From the NCBI GenBank assembly GCA_963742245.1, contig CAVULG010000004.1, positions 279,493 through 343,492 of the forward strand: a DNA stretch of 64,000 nucleotides, in the 5' to 3' direction. This document shows, in pieces, positions 30,332 to 40,099 of this stretch. The position numbers were made by a program, and so were the translations under genes. This DNA is from an uncultured Acidobacteriota bacterium. GTDB taxonomy: Bacteria > Acidobacteriota > Thermoanaerobaculia > UBA5066 > Gp7-AA6. The notes under the pieces are model-generated. The model was not told the DNA's origin. It worked only from the letters and a program-made list of their open reading frames with translations, and made no database searches. Every line of letters starts with the position of its first letter. The first letter of the stretch is position 1.

Positions 30332-31663
30332 TCAGGCGGCGCGCGCCGCGCTCCGCCGCTCCATGCGCTCGAGAAGCGCTTCGTAGACCGGCCGCGCACC
30401 GAGCGCGCGCGCCGTCAGATCCGCCAGGACCGCCGCGAAGACCAATGGAAGCAGCAGAGGCAGCGCGCCGGTCATCTCGATCATCAGAAGAATCCCCGTC
30501 GCCGGCGCGCGAACCGCGCCCGCGAAGAGGGCACCCATGCCGACGATCGCAAACACCGGCAGCGCTGCGTCCGCGGCCGGAAGCACCAGAGCGGCGCCCC
30601 TCCCCGCGAGGACGCCCGTCTCGGCTCCGAGAACGAGCAGCGGGGCGAAGAGCCCGCCCGAGGCGCCCGTCCCGTAGCTCGCGAGCGTGAGCGCGAACCG
30701 CGCGAGAAACGTCGACGCGGCTTCCGCGGCGGCGAGCGGAGCGTGGAGCGCCTGCTCGACGAGCCCGTCGCCCGGGCCGAGGAGGCGCGGAGCGAAGTAG
30801 CCCACCAGCCCCACGGCCGCTCCGACCAGGAGGGCGATCCCGGCGCGAAATTTCCCGGCTCCCGCGCGAAGGCGGTCAAAAGCGTCCATCGTCCACAGCA
30901 GCGCCCGGTTGAACCCCGCGCCGAGGACGCCCGTCGCAACTCCGAGCGCGAGCAAGGGAACGAGCATCGCGGCTCCCGGCGCGGCGACGGCAACGCTCCC
31001 GAGCTGCGGCCCTCTCCCGAGAAAGAGACGGCAGGCCTGGTCCGCCGTGACCGAGGCGATCAACGCCGCGAGCGCATGGCGCGGAGTCCGCAGGACCCGC
31101 ATCTCCTCGAGGACGAAGAGGGCGCCCGCCAGCGGAGCGTTGAAAGCCGCCGCGAGACCCGCGCCGGCGCCCGCCGCGGCGAGCGTGCGGCCGCGCTCGC
31201 CCAGACCCCCGATCGGCCCGCCGACGGCGCGCCCGAGCGCCGCCCCCATCATCACCGTGGGCCCTTCGCGCCCGAGCGTGAGCCCGCCCCCGATCGCGAG
31301 CACGCCCCCGACGAACTTGACCCAGAGCACGCGGATCCAGGAAATGTCCCTCCCGCGGTGCAGCGCGGTCTCGACGGCCGGGATGCCGCTGCCGGCCGTC
31401 TCCGGCGCGAAACGCCTCACGACGGCGACGCCGGCCGCGACCAGGACCGCCGAGAAAAGGACCGCGACAGGAAACCCGCCGCCCGAGGCGGCCCCGCCCG
31501 ACGCGAGGGACTCGCGCAGCCTCTGTGCGAACGCGAGCGCTTCCTCGAAGCCAACCGCGACGAGCCCCGCGAGAAGGCCCACCAGAGCCGCGAGCGCGAA
31601 GAGCCTCGCGTGCTCCGCGGCGTGCGCGCGGGCGAAGCCGCGAGGGTCCCCGCTCGTCGTCAA
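30332..31663 (-). CDS. ClC-family chloride channel / H+-Cl- antiporter
   Basis: Intact 443-aa polytopic ORF with GSGIPAVE and GREGPTV selectivity-filter motifs. Confidence 0.85.
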   Translation of the reverse strand: MTTSGDPRGFARAHAAEHARLFALAALVGLLAGLVAVGFEEALAFAQRLRESLASGGAASGGGFPVAVLFSAVLVAAGVAVVRRFAPETAGSGIPAVETALHRGRDISWIRVLWVKFVGGVLAIGGGLTLGREGPTVMMGAALGRAVGGPIGGLGERGRTLAAAGAGAGLAAAFNAPLAGALFVLEEMRVLRTPRHALAALIASVTADQACRLFLGRGPQLGSVAVAAPGAAMLVPLLALGVATGVLGAGFNRALLWTMDAFDRLRAGAGKFRAGIALLVGAAVGLVGYFAPRLLGPGDGLVEQALHAPLAAAEAASTFLARFALTLASYGTGASGGLFAPLLVLGAETGVLAGRGAALVLPAADAALPVFAIVGMGALFAGAVRAPATGILLMIEMTGALPLLLPLVFAAVLADLTARALGARPVYEALLERMERRSAARAA

Positions 31664-31675
31664 CGGCGGTCCGGG

Positions 31676-32146
31676 CTACTTCGTCGCTGCGGGTGGGGGA
31701 GGCGGCGGCTCGTTTGAGGCCAGGTCCGCCACGTACGACCACTTCCCGCCGCTCTTGCGCGAGACCGAGAGGAAACGCCCCTTCATCACCACGTTGTCGC
31801 CGCCCTTTTTCGGCTTGAGCGTCAGCACGAAGTGGCCCCACGCCGTCGACATGTCGCCGGAGGTGTTGTAGACGCCGTCGCTGAGGCTCGCGTCGACGAC
31901 GGAGTAGACGCCGAGCAGCCCGGCATAGGTGTCGCGAATCGCCTTGGTGCCCCGCGCCTCGGGGCTGTCCGGCAGCCACATCACGGCGTCCGACGCGTAG
32001 CAGGCGGCCAGCGCGTCCACGTCGTTGGCCTTCATGGCCTTGACCCAGCGCGCGTCGACGTCCTTCGCGCCTTCCTCGGCGCGCGCCGCCGACACAACCG
32101 CGAAGCCCAGAGCCAGAATCACCGCCGGGACGAACTTCGATCGCAT
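31676..32146 (-). CDS. Secreted NTF2-like (SnoaL/DUF4440) protein
   Basis: 156 aa from MRSKFVPAVILALGFAVVSA, within ORF 31676..32614. GGGAGGAAG lies 4 nt upstream. Proline-rich C-terminal tail. Confidence 0.65.
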   Translation of the reverse strand: MRSKFVPAVILALGFAVVSAARAEEGAKDVDARWVKAMKANDVDALAACYASDAVMWLPDSPEARGTKAIRDTYAGLLGVYSVVDASLSDGVYNTSGDMSTAWGHFVLTLKPKKGGDNVVMKGRFLSVSRKSGGKWSYVADLASNEPPPPPPAATK

Positions 32147-32172
32147 CTTCTTCCTCCCTCGAATTGTTCCGC

Positions 32173-32180
32173 GGATCATA
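32173..32180 (-). promoter_or_regulatory. -10-like octamer TATGATCC
   Basis: Reverse complement of ggatcata. It lies 28 nt before the ATG at 32146, with an SD in between. Confidence 0.35.
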
Positions 32181-32703
32181 AGCCCGTTGATGCCGTCCGC
32201 CGCGCGATGGCCACGCGAACGGGAACGGGCGCGAGGAGCCGCTGCAGATCCTCCGGCCGGATCTCGACGAGAAACCCCCGCTTTCCGCCGTTGACCAGAA
32301 ACCGTTCGAGCTCGAGGATCGTCGCCTCGACGAAGACCCGAAGCGCGTGGCGCGTCCCGAACGGCGAGACGCCTCCCGGGACGTAGCCGGTGTGCTTCTC
32401 GACGGCCGCCGGGCTCGCCGGCGCCGCCTCCCGGGCGCCGATCTGGCGCGCCAGCTCCTTGACCGACACCTCGCGGTCGCCGTGCATCAGAACGAGCAGC
32501 GGCTCCGGCCGCCCCTCGCGGAAGCGCGCCTCCATGACGAGCGTCTTGACGACGCGATGCTCGTCGACCCCGAGCGCCTCCGCGGAATGCCGCGTCCCGC
32601 CCCGCTCGACCCACGCATAGGCGTGCGGCAGGAACGCGACCCCCGCGCCGCGAAGCGCCCGCACCGCGGCAGTCACGGGAATCGGAACGTCTACGGGCGG
32701 CAC
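32176..32703 (-). CDS. ybaK: YbaK/EbsC-type Cys-tRNA(Pro) deacylase family protein
   Basis: C-terminal 175 aa of ORF 32176..32832 (HRVVKTLVME.., EKHTGYVPGGVSPFG, RFLVNGGKRGFLVEI). There is no ATG. The GTG at 32703 overlaps the end of the upstream small ORF, so the start is uncertain. Confidence 0.65.
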   Translation of the reverse strand: MPPVDVPIPVTAAVRALRGAGVAFLPHAYAWVERGGTRHSAEALGVDEHRVVKTLVMEARFREGRPEPLLVLMHGDREVSVKELARQIGAREAAPASPAAVEKHTGYVPGGVSPFGTRHALRVFVEATILELERFLVNGGKRGFLVEIRPEDLQRLLAPVPVRVAIARRTASTGL

Positions 32704-32882
32704 GCGTGGCCGGCGACCGCGAAAATCAGGACCGCGAGCCACCCGAAAAACAGCAGGCCCGCGATCCCGAGAACGAGCGGCCGCTGGAACAGCGAGAAGG
32801 ACTTCTCCAGCGGCGCCCCGCAGCGCGCGCACGTCTGTCGCTGCGACAGGTCGTTCTCCGCGCGGCAGCTCCAGCAGGTCAC
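32691..32882 (-). CDS. Small zinc-ribbon plus TM-helix protein
   Basis: 63-aa ORF: MTCWSCRAEN..TCARCGAPLE (CxxC-X11-CxxC) followed by LVLGIAGLLFFGWLAVLIFAV. It has a 4-nt overlap with the upstream gene. Confidence 0.5.
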   Translation of the reverse strand: MTCWSCRAENDLSQRQTCARCGAPLEKSFSLFQRPLVLGIAGLLFFGWLAVLIFAVAGHACRP

Positions 32883-33289
32883 GCGAAGTCGCCGAGCTGC
32901 GAAAGCATCCCGAGCTCGTCGACGTTCTCCCAGCGCTCGACGATCCGCCCGTCGCGCAGCCGGTAGAAGTCCATGCCGCGGACGAGGATCGTCTTGCCCG
33001 ACGGCTGGATGCCGAGAAAGGTCTTCTTGTGGGCGCCCCTCCAGTGATACCGCGCGGCGACGAGATCGTCCTCGCCGACGAGATCCTCGAGGACGTACCG
33101 GACCTCCGGAAAGGCCGCCCGCAGGCTCTCGACGCGGGCCTTCGCGCCCGCGGCTCCGGGGGGCTGGCCGGGAGCCGGGTTGTGATCCACGTAAGCCGCC
33201 CCGATCAACGAATCGAGCAGCGACGTCTTGCCGCCGTTCCAGACTTCCTCGTACAGCCGGCGGACGACCGCCTTGTTCGCCTCGCTCAC
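32879..33289 (-). CDS. SnoaL-like ester/polyketide cyclase family protein
   Basis: 136 aa from the GTG (VSEANKAVVRRLYEEVWNGG..YVDHNP..RIVERWENVD). GGAGG lies 6 nt upstream. The GTG overlaps the agmatinase-family stop (GTGA). Confidence 0.7.
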   Translation of the reverse strand: MSEANKAVVRRLYEEVWNGGKTSLLDSLIGAAYVDHNPAPGQPPGAAGAKARVESLRAAFPEVRYVLEDLVGEDDLVAARYHWRGAHKKTFLGIQPSGKTILVRGMDFYRLRDGRIVERWENVDELGMLSQLGDFA

Positions 33290-34089
33290 GAGGGACCTCC
33301 GAACGCGATCCGCGCGGCGATCTCCTTGACGAGCTTGCCCGCGACCATCGCCGTCATTCCGGAGGAGTCCATCCGCGGGTTGAACTCGACGACGTCGCCT
33401 CCCACGACCTCGCCGCGCATGCGCAGGATCACGTCGACCGCCTGGCGGGTCGTGAGCCCTCCGGGCTCGCGGTGCGAGACGCCGGGAGCGCAGGAAGGGT
33501 CGAGCCCGTCGATGTCGAACGTCACGTAGACCGGGCCGTCGAATGCCAGGCTGCGCTGCGGGTCGAAATCTCTCATCTCGATCATCTCGACTCCGAACCG
33601 CGCGGCCTGCGCCCGCTGATGGGCATTCGCGGTCCGGATGCCGACCTGGACGAGCCGCTGCGCGAGCCCCTCTTCCATGATCCGCGCGAACGGGCACGCG
33701 TGCGACAGCCGGTTGCCCGCGAACTCGTCGTAGAGGTCGGGATGCGCGTCGAAGTGCAGGATGGAAAGCCGCGGATGCTTCTTCGCGAAGGCGCGCAGGA
33801 TCGGATATGTGATCGCGTGGTCCCCGCCGAGCGCGACGGGCGCGTAGCCCTGTGTGAGGAGGTGCGCGACGGCCGCCTCGATGCGGGCGAAGGTGTCCAC
33901 CCCGGCTTCCTCGCCGAGGTCGCCGGCGTCGTAGAACGCCTCGCGAGGCAGCTCCTGCCCGTTCTCAGTCCAGGCATTCGACGACTCGCTGAAGAGCGCC
34001 TCGCGGATCAGCGGCGGCGCTTCGGCCGCACCGCGCAGGTACGAGGAGTTGGAATCGCTGCGGAAACCGACGAGGGCGAGACGCTTCAC
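33286..34089 (-). CDS. Arginase/agmatinase/formiminoglutamase (ureohydrolase) family enzyme
   Basis: Intact 267-aa ORF with Mn-binding motifs: GGDHAITYP, HFDAHPDL, TFDIDGLDP, EFNP. Confidence 0.8.
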   Translation of the reverse strand: MKRLALVGFRSDSNSSYLRGAAEAPPLIREALFSESSNAWTENGQELPREAFYDAGDLGEEAGVDTFARIEAAVAHLLTQGYAPVALGGDHAITYPILRAFAKKHPRLSILHFDAHPDLYDEFAGNRLSHACPFARIMEEGLAQRLVQVGIRTANAHQRAQAARFGVEMIEMRDFDPQRSLAFDGPVYVTFDIDGLDPSCAPGVSHREPGGLTTRQAVDVILRMRGEVVGGDVVEFNPRMDSSGMTAMVAGKLVKEIAARIAFGGPS

Positions 34090-34114
34090 TTTGAGGAAAC
34101 CTCCGGCGCTGACC

Positions 34115-34122
34115 GGATCATA
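34115..34122 (-). promoter_or_regulatory. -10-like octamer TATGATCC that contains the TGA stop of the GNAT gene
   Basis: Reverse complement of ggatcata. It lies 27 nt before the GTG at 34089, with GGAGG in between. Confidence 0.35.
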
Positions 34123-34654
34123 GTTCCCTGTCCATCCGGATCACGGGCAGGCCGGGGCCGCCCGGCATCGGCGCTTCGAGAGGCTCCCGCTCGACGAAAC
34201 CGAACCGGCGGTAGAACGGAACGCCCGGCAGCGTGGATGCGAGCTCCACGCGGCGGAAGCCGTCGGCGCGGGCGGCCGCGAGACACGCCTCGAGGATCGC
34301 CGCGCCGACGCCCCGCCGCGCGAACGCCGGGTGGACGAAGAAGGCCCGGATGCGCGCGGCATCGGCGGCGGGGTCGAGAAGCGGATCGTCGCCCCGCTTC
34401 ATCTGGTCGCCGCCGAAGAGCGTGCGCCGCCGGCTCCAGCCGCCGCAGCCGGCGAGCATTCCCGCCGGCCGTTCGCCGCCTTCGGCGACGAAATAAGTGC
34501 CGTCCGCGATCAGCCGGGTATCGGGGCCGAAGATGTGGCGGATCGCGCCCTCGGTCTGCTCCTCCGTGTAGAAGCCCCGCGACAGCTCCCGCGCCGACAA
34601 CGGGATGAGCACGTTGAGAGCCGGCAGATCCTCGATCCTCGCCAGCCGGATCAC
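34118..34654 (-). CDS. GNAT-family N-acetyltransferase
   Basis: 178 aa from the GTG (VIRLARIEDLPALN..). Acetyl-CoA motif: FVHPAFARRGVGAAILEA. The GTG overlaps the upstream stop (GTGA). Confidence 0.75.
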   Translation of the reverse strand: MIRLARIEDLPALNVLIPLSARELSRGFYTEEQTEGAIRHIFGPDTRLIADGTYFVAEGGERPAGMLAGCGGWSRRRTLFGGDQMKRGDDPLLDPAADAARIRAFFVHPAFARRGVGAAILEACLAAARADGFRRVELASTLPGVPFYRRFGFVEREPLEAPMPGGPGLPVIRMDREL

Positions 34655-36487
34655 GGCGTCTGCTTGCGCCACTCCTCGAGGATGACCTGGAAGCGCTGGG
34701 GGCGGTCGCCGGTGGGGTCGAACGCGCCGCCCGGCATCAGGTACTCGAGCTCCGCCGGGTTCGCCTTGCGCGCCCAGACTTGGAACTCCTCGAGGCGATC
34801 TCCGCCCGCAATCGTCGAGCCCCTCGGCTCGAAGAGGAACCCGGCGATCCGTCCGTCGGAATCGAACCACCACGTGCCCCGGAACCTCTGCGGCGGCCGC
34901 CCGATGCGCGCATAGAAGTCGTTCATCTCGACGCCGGACGCGGTCACCGAGTCGCGGCCCTCCCGCCAGCCGGTGTAGTCGCTCGTCGAGTGGAAGAAAG
35001 CATCCCAGCCGCTCCAGCGCGAGACGAGCCCCCAGGGCTCGCCCGCCCCTCTCTTCGAAACGACCAGATGCGCGGCTCCGGCGACATGAGCCGGCGCGCC
35101 GCCTCGGTGTCGCCGCTCTTGCGCGCCACGAGGAGCTCCTGCACCTTCGCGATCAGAACCGCGTCCTTCTCGACGACGCCGCCTTTCATCACCCAGGCCA
35201 CGCGCTGGAGCGTCGTGATGTCCTGGAGCGGATTGCCCCGCACCGCGATGATGTCCGCGTACTTGCCGGGCGCGATCGAGCCGACGCGGTCGGACCAGCC
35301 GATCAGCTCGGCGGCATCCACGGTCGCCGCGCGGATCGCCTGGAGCGGCGTCATGCCGTTGCTCGCCATCCAGACGATCTCCTTCGCGTTCTCGCCCTGC
35401 GCGAGAACCGACGCGTCGGACCCCATCGCGATCTTCACCCCCGCGGCCACGGCCTTGCGAAACCCCTCCTTCGATCCCCGTACGAATCCCGCCTCGCGCT
35501 CGCGCAGCCACGCCGGGGCATCGTCGGGCGCGCCTTCTTCCTCCATCTCCCAGATCGCGCCGGTCGGCACGAGGAAGGTCCCGCGCTGCTTCATCATCCG
35601 CACGGCCTCGTCGTCGAGCAGCGTCCCGTGCTCGATCGAATCGACACCGGCCCGCACGGCCGTCTTGATGCCGTCGTTGCCGTGCGCGTGGGCCGCGACC
35701 TTCTTGCCGTAGCGGTGCGCCTCCTCGACGATCGCCTGCATCTCCTCGAGCGTGAACTGCGTCTCGTTGGCGGCGTTGCGGCCTTCGCTGCCGCCTTCGG
35801 TGGCCATGATCTTCAGGACGTCCGCGCCGTGCTTGATCTCGTAACGCGCGAGCCGGCGCACGGCGTCCACACCGTCGGCGATCCCCGACTCTCCGCCCAC
35901 GACGATCGTCGGCGACAGACCTTCCGTCGTCTTCGTTGTGCCCGCCCGGTCGATCCGATCGCGAGCGTCGCGACGAGCATGCGGGGCCCGGCGATCTCGC
36001 CGCGGTTGATCGCGTCCCGCAGCGCGACGTCCGCGAAATCCTTGGCCCAGAGGTCGCGCACCGTCGTGAAGCCGGCGTCGAGCGTGACCCTCGCCCGGGA
36101 GAACGCCGTCACGGCGTCGTGCATCGGACCGCCCTCGACGAGGAACCGGTAGGTCGTCGTCAGGTGCGTGTGGCAGTCGATCAGTCCCGGCAGGATCGTC
36201 ACGTCGCCGAGATCGAGGACCTCGGCGCCGGGCGGAATCGCGAGGCCCGGACCGACCGCCGTGATCCGGTCGCCTTCGATGAGGACGACCGGGTTCTCGA
36301 CGATCCGGCCCGCGACGACGTCGAGCCAGGCTCTGGCTCGAACGGCCTTCACGGCTCGGACCGCTTTCGCGGCGCGCGGGGTTTTGCCGGAATCGAGCGC
36401 GGCCGCGGGCGCCGCGCCCGACAGCAGGACCGCCGCAACGGCGGCGAGCGCCGAGGCGGCCCGGACGCGCCTTCTCACAGCCGTCAT
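34651..36487 (-). pseudogene. Secreted amidohydrolase (metal-dependent hydrolase superfamily) with a C-terminal extra domain; two frameshifts
   Basis: Fragment 35813..36487 (signal peptide; TILPGLIDCHTHL), fragment 34944..35900 (KVAAHAHG, SIEHG, MGSDA) and fragment 34651..35511 (C-terminal tail ending WRKQTP). Confidence 0.75.
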
Positions 36488-36488
36488 C

Positions 36489-37453
36489 CTACTTCGCCAG
36501 GTACTGCGCCACGTTCTCCTTCGTGATCATCGCGGTCGGCAGCACGATCGTCTTCGGCACCGTCTGCGCCCTTGAAGATCTTCTCCGCGACGTCGATCGC
36601 CTCCTTGCCGCCCGTCGGATAGACGAAGGTGGCGGAGAGCTTTCCGTCGGCGACGGCCTGCCGCCCGCCGTCGAGCCCCGGGAGCGCGTCGATGCCGACG
36701 AACTTCATCTGCGTCTCGCGGCCCTTGGCCTTGGCGGCCAGAAACGCGCCCATCGCCATCGGATCGTTGTGCGCGTAGACGAGGTCGATCTTCTCGTGCG
36801 CCTGCCAGCGCCGACTCCATCTGGGCCATCGCCTCTTCGCGCAGCCAGTTGGCCACCGGATCGTGCACGATCGTGATGCCCGGAGAGCCGGCGATCGCCT
36901 CGCGGAAGCCCTCGCTGCGGTCGCGCGCGGGCGGCGAGCCGGGCAGTCCCTTGATCTCGACGACGTTGCCCTGGCCGTTCAGGACCTTCGCGATGAACTC
37001 GCCTGCGGCCTTGCCGATGACGCGGTTGTCCGCGCCGATGAAGCTCGTGTACGTGTCGCCCTCGATCGCGCGGTCGAGCACGATGACCGGGATCCCCTGC
37101 TCGTAGACCCTGCGGACGATCGGCGTCAGCGGCTGCGCCTCGTTGGGCGAGATGATGAGGAGGTCGATCTTCTGGCGCAGGAAGTTCTCGACGTCGGCGA
37201 CCTGCTTCGCGTTGTCCTGCTGCGCGTCGGCGTAGGCGACCTCGATGTCCGGGAAGTCCTTCGCCGCGGCCGCGACGTCGGCGTTCATCGACACCCGCCA
37301 CGGCTCGCCGAGGTTGCACTGCGAGAAGCCGATGAGGTGCTTGCCGGACTTGGCCCTGCCGCACGCGGCCGTCAGAAGGACGACGGCAAGGCGAGCCGCC
37401 GCCACCCGAAAACGAGGGCGAGGTCTCGTTTTCGGGCCGGGGGCCTTCGACAA
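36489..37453 (-). pseudogene. Rbs-type periplasmic sugar-binding lipoprotein of the ABC transporter; at least 2 frameshifts
   Basis: Fragment 36527..37453 (LLTAAC lipobox; IGFSQCNLGEPWRVSMN; DLLIISPNEAQPL; IPVIVLDRA) and fragment 36484..36759. The last 27 codons (AQTVPKTIVLPTAMITKENVAQYLAK, TAG at 36489) are in a third frame. The TTG start at 37453 is uncertain. Confidence 0.75.
37405..37436 (-). other. 12-bp perfect stem hairpin CCCGAAAACGAG-N8-CTCGTTTTCGGG within or just before the 5' end of the binding-protein gene
   Basis: Read directly from the sequence. It lies between the permease stop (37469) and the hydrophobic core of the lipoprotein signal peptide. Confidence 0.5.
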
Positions 37454-37468
37454 ACGGAGACCTGACCC

Positions 37469-38500
37469 CTACCGTTTCCGCCGCTGAAGCCAGACCGCGC
37501 CGAGGATGATGACGCCCTTGAGGATGAGCTGCAGGTTCGCATCGACATTGTTCAACCCCATGATGTTGTTGATGACGCCGATGATCAGCACGCCGACGAG
37601 CGTGCCGCCAACCGATCCGACTCCGCCCGAGAGGCTCGTTCCGCCGATGACGACCGCGGCGATCGCGTCGAGCTCGTACGCAACGCCGTCGTTGGGGTTT
37701 CCCTGCTCGAGCTGCGCGCAGTGGAGGATCCCGGCGAGCGCCGCCAGCACCGCGGCGATGACGTAGACGCCGGCCTTGTGCCACGCGACGCGGATGCCCG
37801 AGAGCCGCGCCGCCGTCTCGTTGTCGCCGATCGCGTAGAGGTAGCGGCCCCCGCTCGCTCGCGTCAGGTAGAAGTGCATCGCGAGCGACCGTCGCCAGGA
37901 AGAGCACCGCCGGCGCCGGAACGAACGGCAGGAGCGGCCCCGCGAGCGCGGTGGACCGACTCGGGCGCCCCGCCCTCGCCGAAACCGAGCGGGATCGCCA
38001 TGCCCCCGCTGAGATACCGCGCGACGCCGCGCGCCGCGCTCATCGTCGCGAGCGTCGCGATGAAGGGCTGGAGCCGCCACCGCGCCACGACGAATCCGTT
38101 GATCGCTCCGCAGAGCGCGCCGGCCGCCGAGCACGACGAGGATCGTCGCCGTCAGCCCGAGGCCCGCCTTCATCAGGCACCACGCCGTCAGCGTGGCCGC
38201 GAGCGCGAGCACCGATCCGACGGAGAGGTCGATGCCGCCGGAGATCACGACCGCCGTCATCCCGACGGCGAGAATCCCCTTCTCCGCCACCTGGCGCAGG
38301 ATGTCCGTCAGGTTGCCGATGTCGAGGAAAACGGGACGGCCGCCGCGGACCGGCGAGAAGACGACCGAGAGGACGAGCACCGCGGCGAGACCGAAGAGCC
38401 CGGTGAACCGCGCGAGCCGGCGCCGCGCGGACGGCGGCTTCGGAGGCGGGCTCGATGGCGGAACGGGAGGCCCCTCCGAACCGCCGCGCCGCGAAACCCC
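37469..38500 (-). pseudogene. RbsC-like ABC sugar permease; several frameshifts; 5' boundary approximate
   Basis: Fragment 37469..38380 (GGIDLSVGSVLALAA; YLYAIGDNETAARLSGI; DAIAAVVIGGTSLSGG) and fragment 37864..38088 (PFIATLATMSAARGVA). Confidence 0.7.
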
Positions 38501-40031
38501 GGAGGCGCCGCGCTCCCGTTCCGGCGGCCGCCGCGAGGATCCGCTCCTCGGTCGCTTCGGCGTGCGTCAGCTCGGCCGTGACCCGCCCGTCGCGGAAGAC
38601 GAGCGACGCGGTGGCACTGCGTCAGGATCTCCGACATCTCCGAAGAGCAGAGCACGATGCCGAATCCCTCGGCGGCGAGCCGGCGCAGGAGCGCGTAGAT
38701 CTCGGCCTTCGCCGCGAGGTCGATCCCGCGCGTCGGCTCGTCCAGGAGCAGCACCGTCGGCGACGCGAAGAGGCAGCGCGCCAGGAGCGGCCTTCTGCTG
38801 GTTGCCGCCGCGAGAGCGTGGCGATCGGGCCTCGACGGCGACGCGGCGCGCACGCCCGTGTCGCGCATGAGGGCGCGCGGCCGATCTCGGCCGCGCGCGT
38901 CCGGTCGATCCAGCCCAGCGCGGCTGACACGCGCTCGAGCGAGGGACGACGACGTTCTCCGCGACGGACGAGGTCCGGGAAAGATCGCCTGCGCCTTCCG
39001 CTCCTCGGGAGCAGCACGAGCCCGGCCTTCTCGCGCGCCGGCCGGGCGACGACGGCGCGTAGTCGCGCGCCGGCGAGCCGGATCGCGTCCCGGCGACCTC
39101 CTGTCGAGCGCGCCCGTCAGCGCCAGCAGGAGGTCGGTGCGGCCCGCTCCGATCAGCCCCGCGAGGCCGAGGATCTCGCCGCGCCGCAGCGAGAGCGAGA
39201 CGTCGCGCGACGCGGCGCCCGCCGGGACGATCCGGATCGCGCGACGGCGAGGCGCTCGACGCGCGAGGAGCTTCCGGCGCGTCCGGCCGGGACGGGCGAA
39301 AGATCCGGCCGTTCGATCGTCGCGCCCGACCATCAACCGCACCATCTCGGCCTCGTCGATGCCCGCCGCCGTGCGCGTGACGATGCGCTGCCCGTCGCGG
39401 AGCACCGTGATCCGGTGCGGCCAGGCGCTCGACCTCGTCGAGCTTGTGGGAGATGTAGACGATCGCGACACCGCGCTCCGATGAGCCGCTCGATCAGCCG
39501 CTCGAGGCGCGACGCTTCCGGCGCCGAGAGCGAGGTCGTCGGCTCGTCCATGATGATGAGGCGCGCGTCGAGCGAGAGAGCCCGCGCGATGGCCACGAGC
39601 TGCCGCTGCCCGGTCTCGAGCCGGCCGACGAGCTCCGCCGGCGCGATGTCTGCGTCTCGCCGAGGCGCCTCGAGGCGTGCCCGGGCCGCGCCGGGGAGCA
39701 GCGCGCGCGGCTCGCGCCCGAGGAAGATGTTCTCCGCGACCGACAGCGAGGACACGAGCTGCAGCTCCTGCGGGATCACCGCGATCCCCGCCTCGATCGC
39801 CTCGCGCGGGCTCTCCATGCGGCGCGGCGCGCCATCGACACGGACCTCGCCCCCGTAGCCCGAGATCTCGCCCGAGAGGATCTTGATCAGCGTCGACTTG
39901 CCCGCGCCGTTCTCGCCGATCAGCGCATGGACCTCCCCCGGCTTCACGTCGAAATCGACGCCGTCGAGCGCGCGCACGCCCGGGAACTCCATCGACACCC
40001 CGCGCGCCTCGACGAGAGCCGAAAGACTCAT
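38500..40031 (-). pseudogene. RbsA-like two-cassette ABC sugar ATPase; several frameshifts; 3' boundary approximate
   Basis: Fragment 39333..40031 (GENGAGKST Walker A; LIIMDEPT Walker B) and fragment 38308..39471 (second cassette: GLIGAGRT, LLLDEPTRGID). Confidence 0.75.
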
Positions 40032-40099
40032 GGGGTCAGGTCTCGATTCTTCGGTTCTGCGGCGGGCGGCGTGGGACCGAAATTTCCAGACCTGACCCC
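40032..40099 (-). repeat. Inverted repeat GGGGTCAGGTCT ... AGACCTGACCCC (12-bp arms, 44-nt spacer with inner TTCGGT/ACCGAA pairing) spanning the kinase stop and abutting the ATPase ATG
   Basis: The arms lie at 40088..40099 and 40032..40043. A third copy of the 12-mer lies at 37458..37469, abutting the permease stop. Confidence 0.6.
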
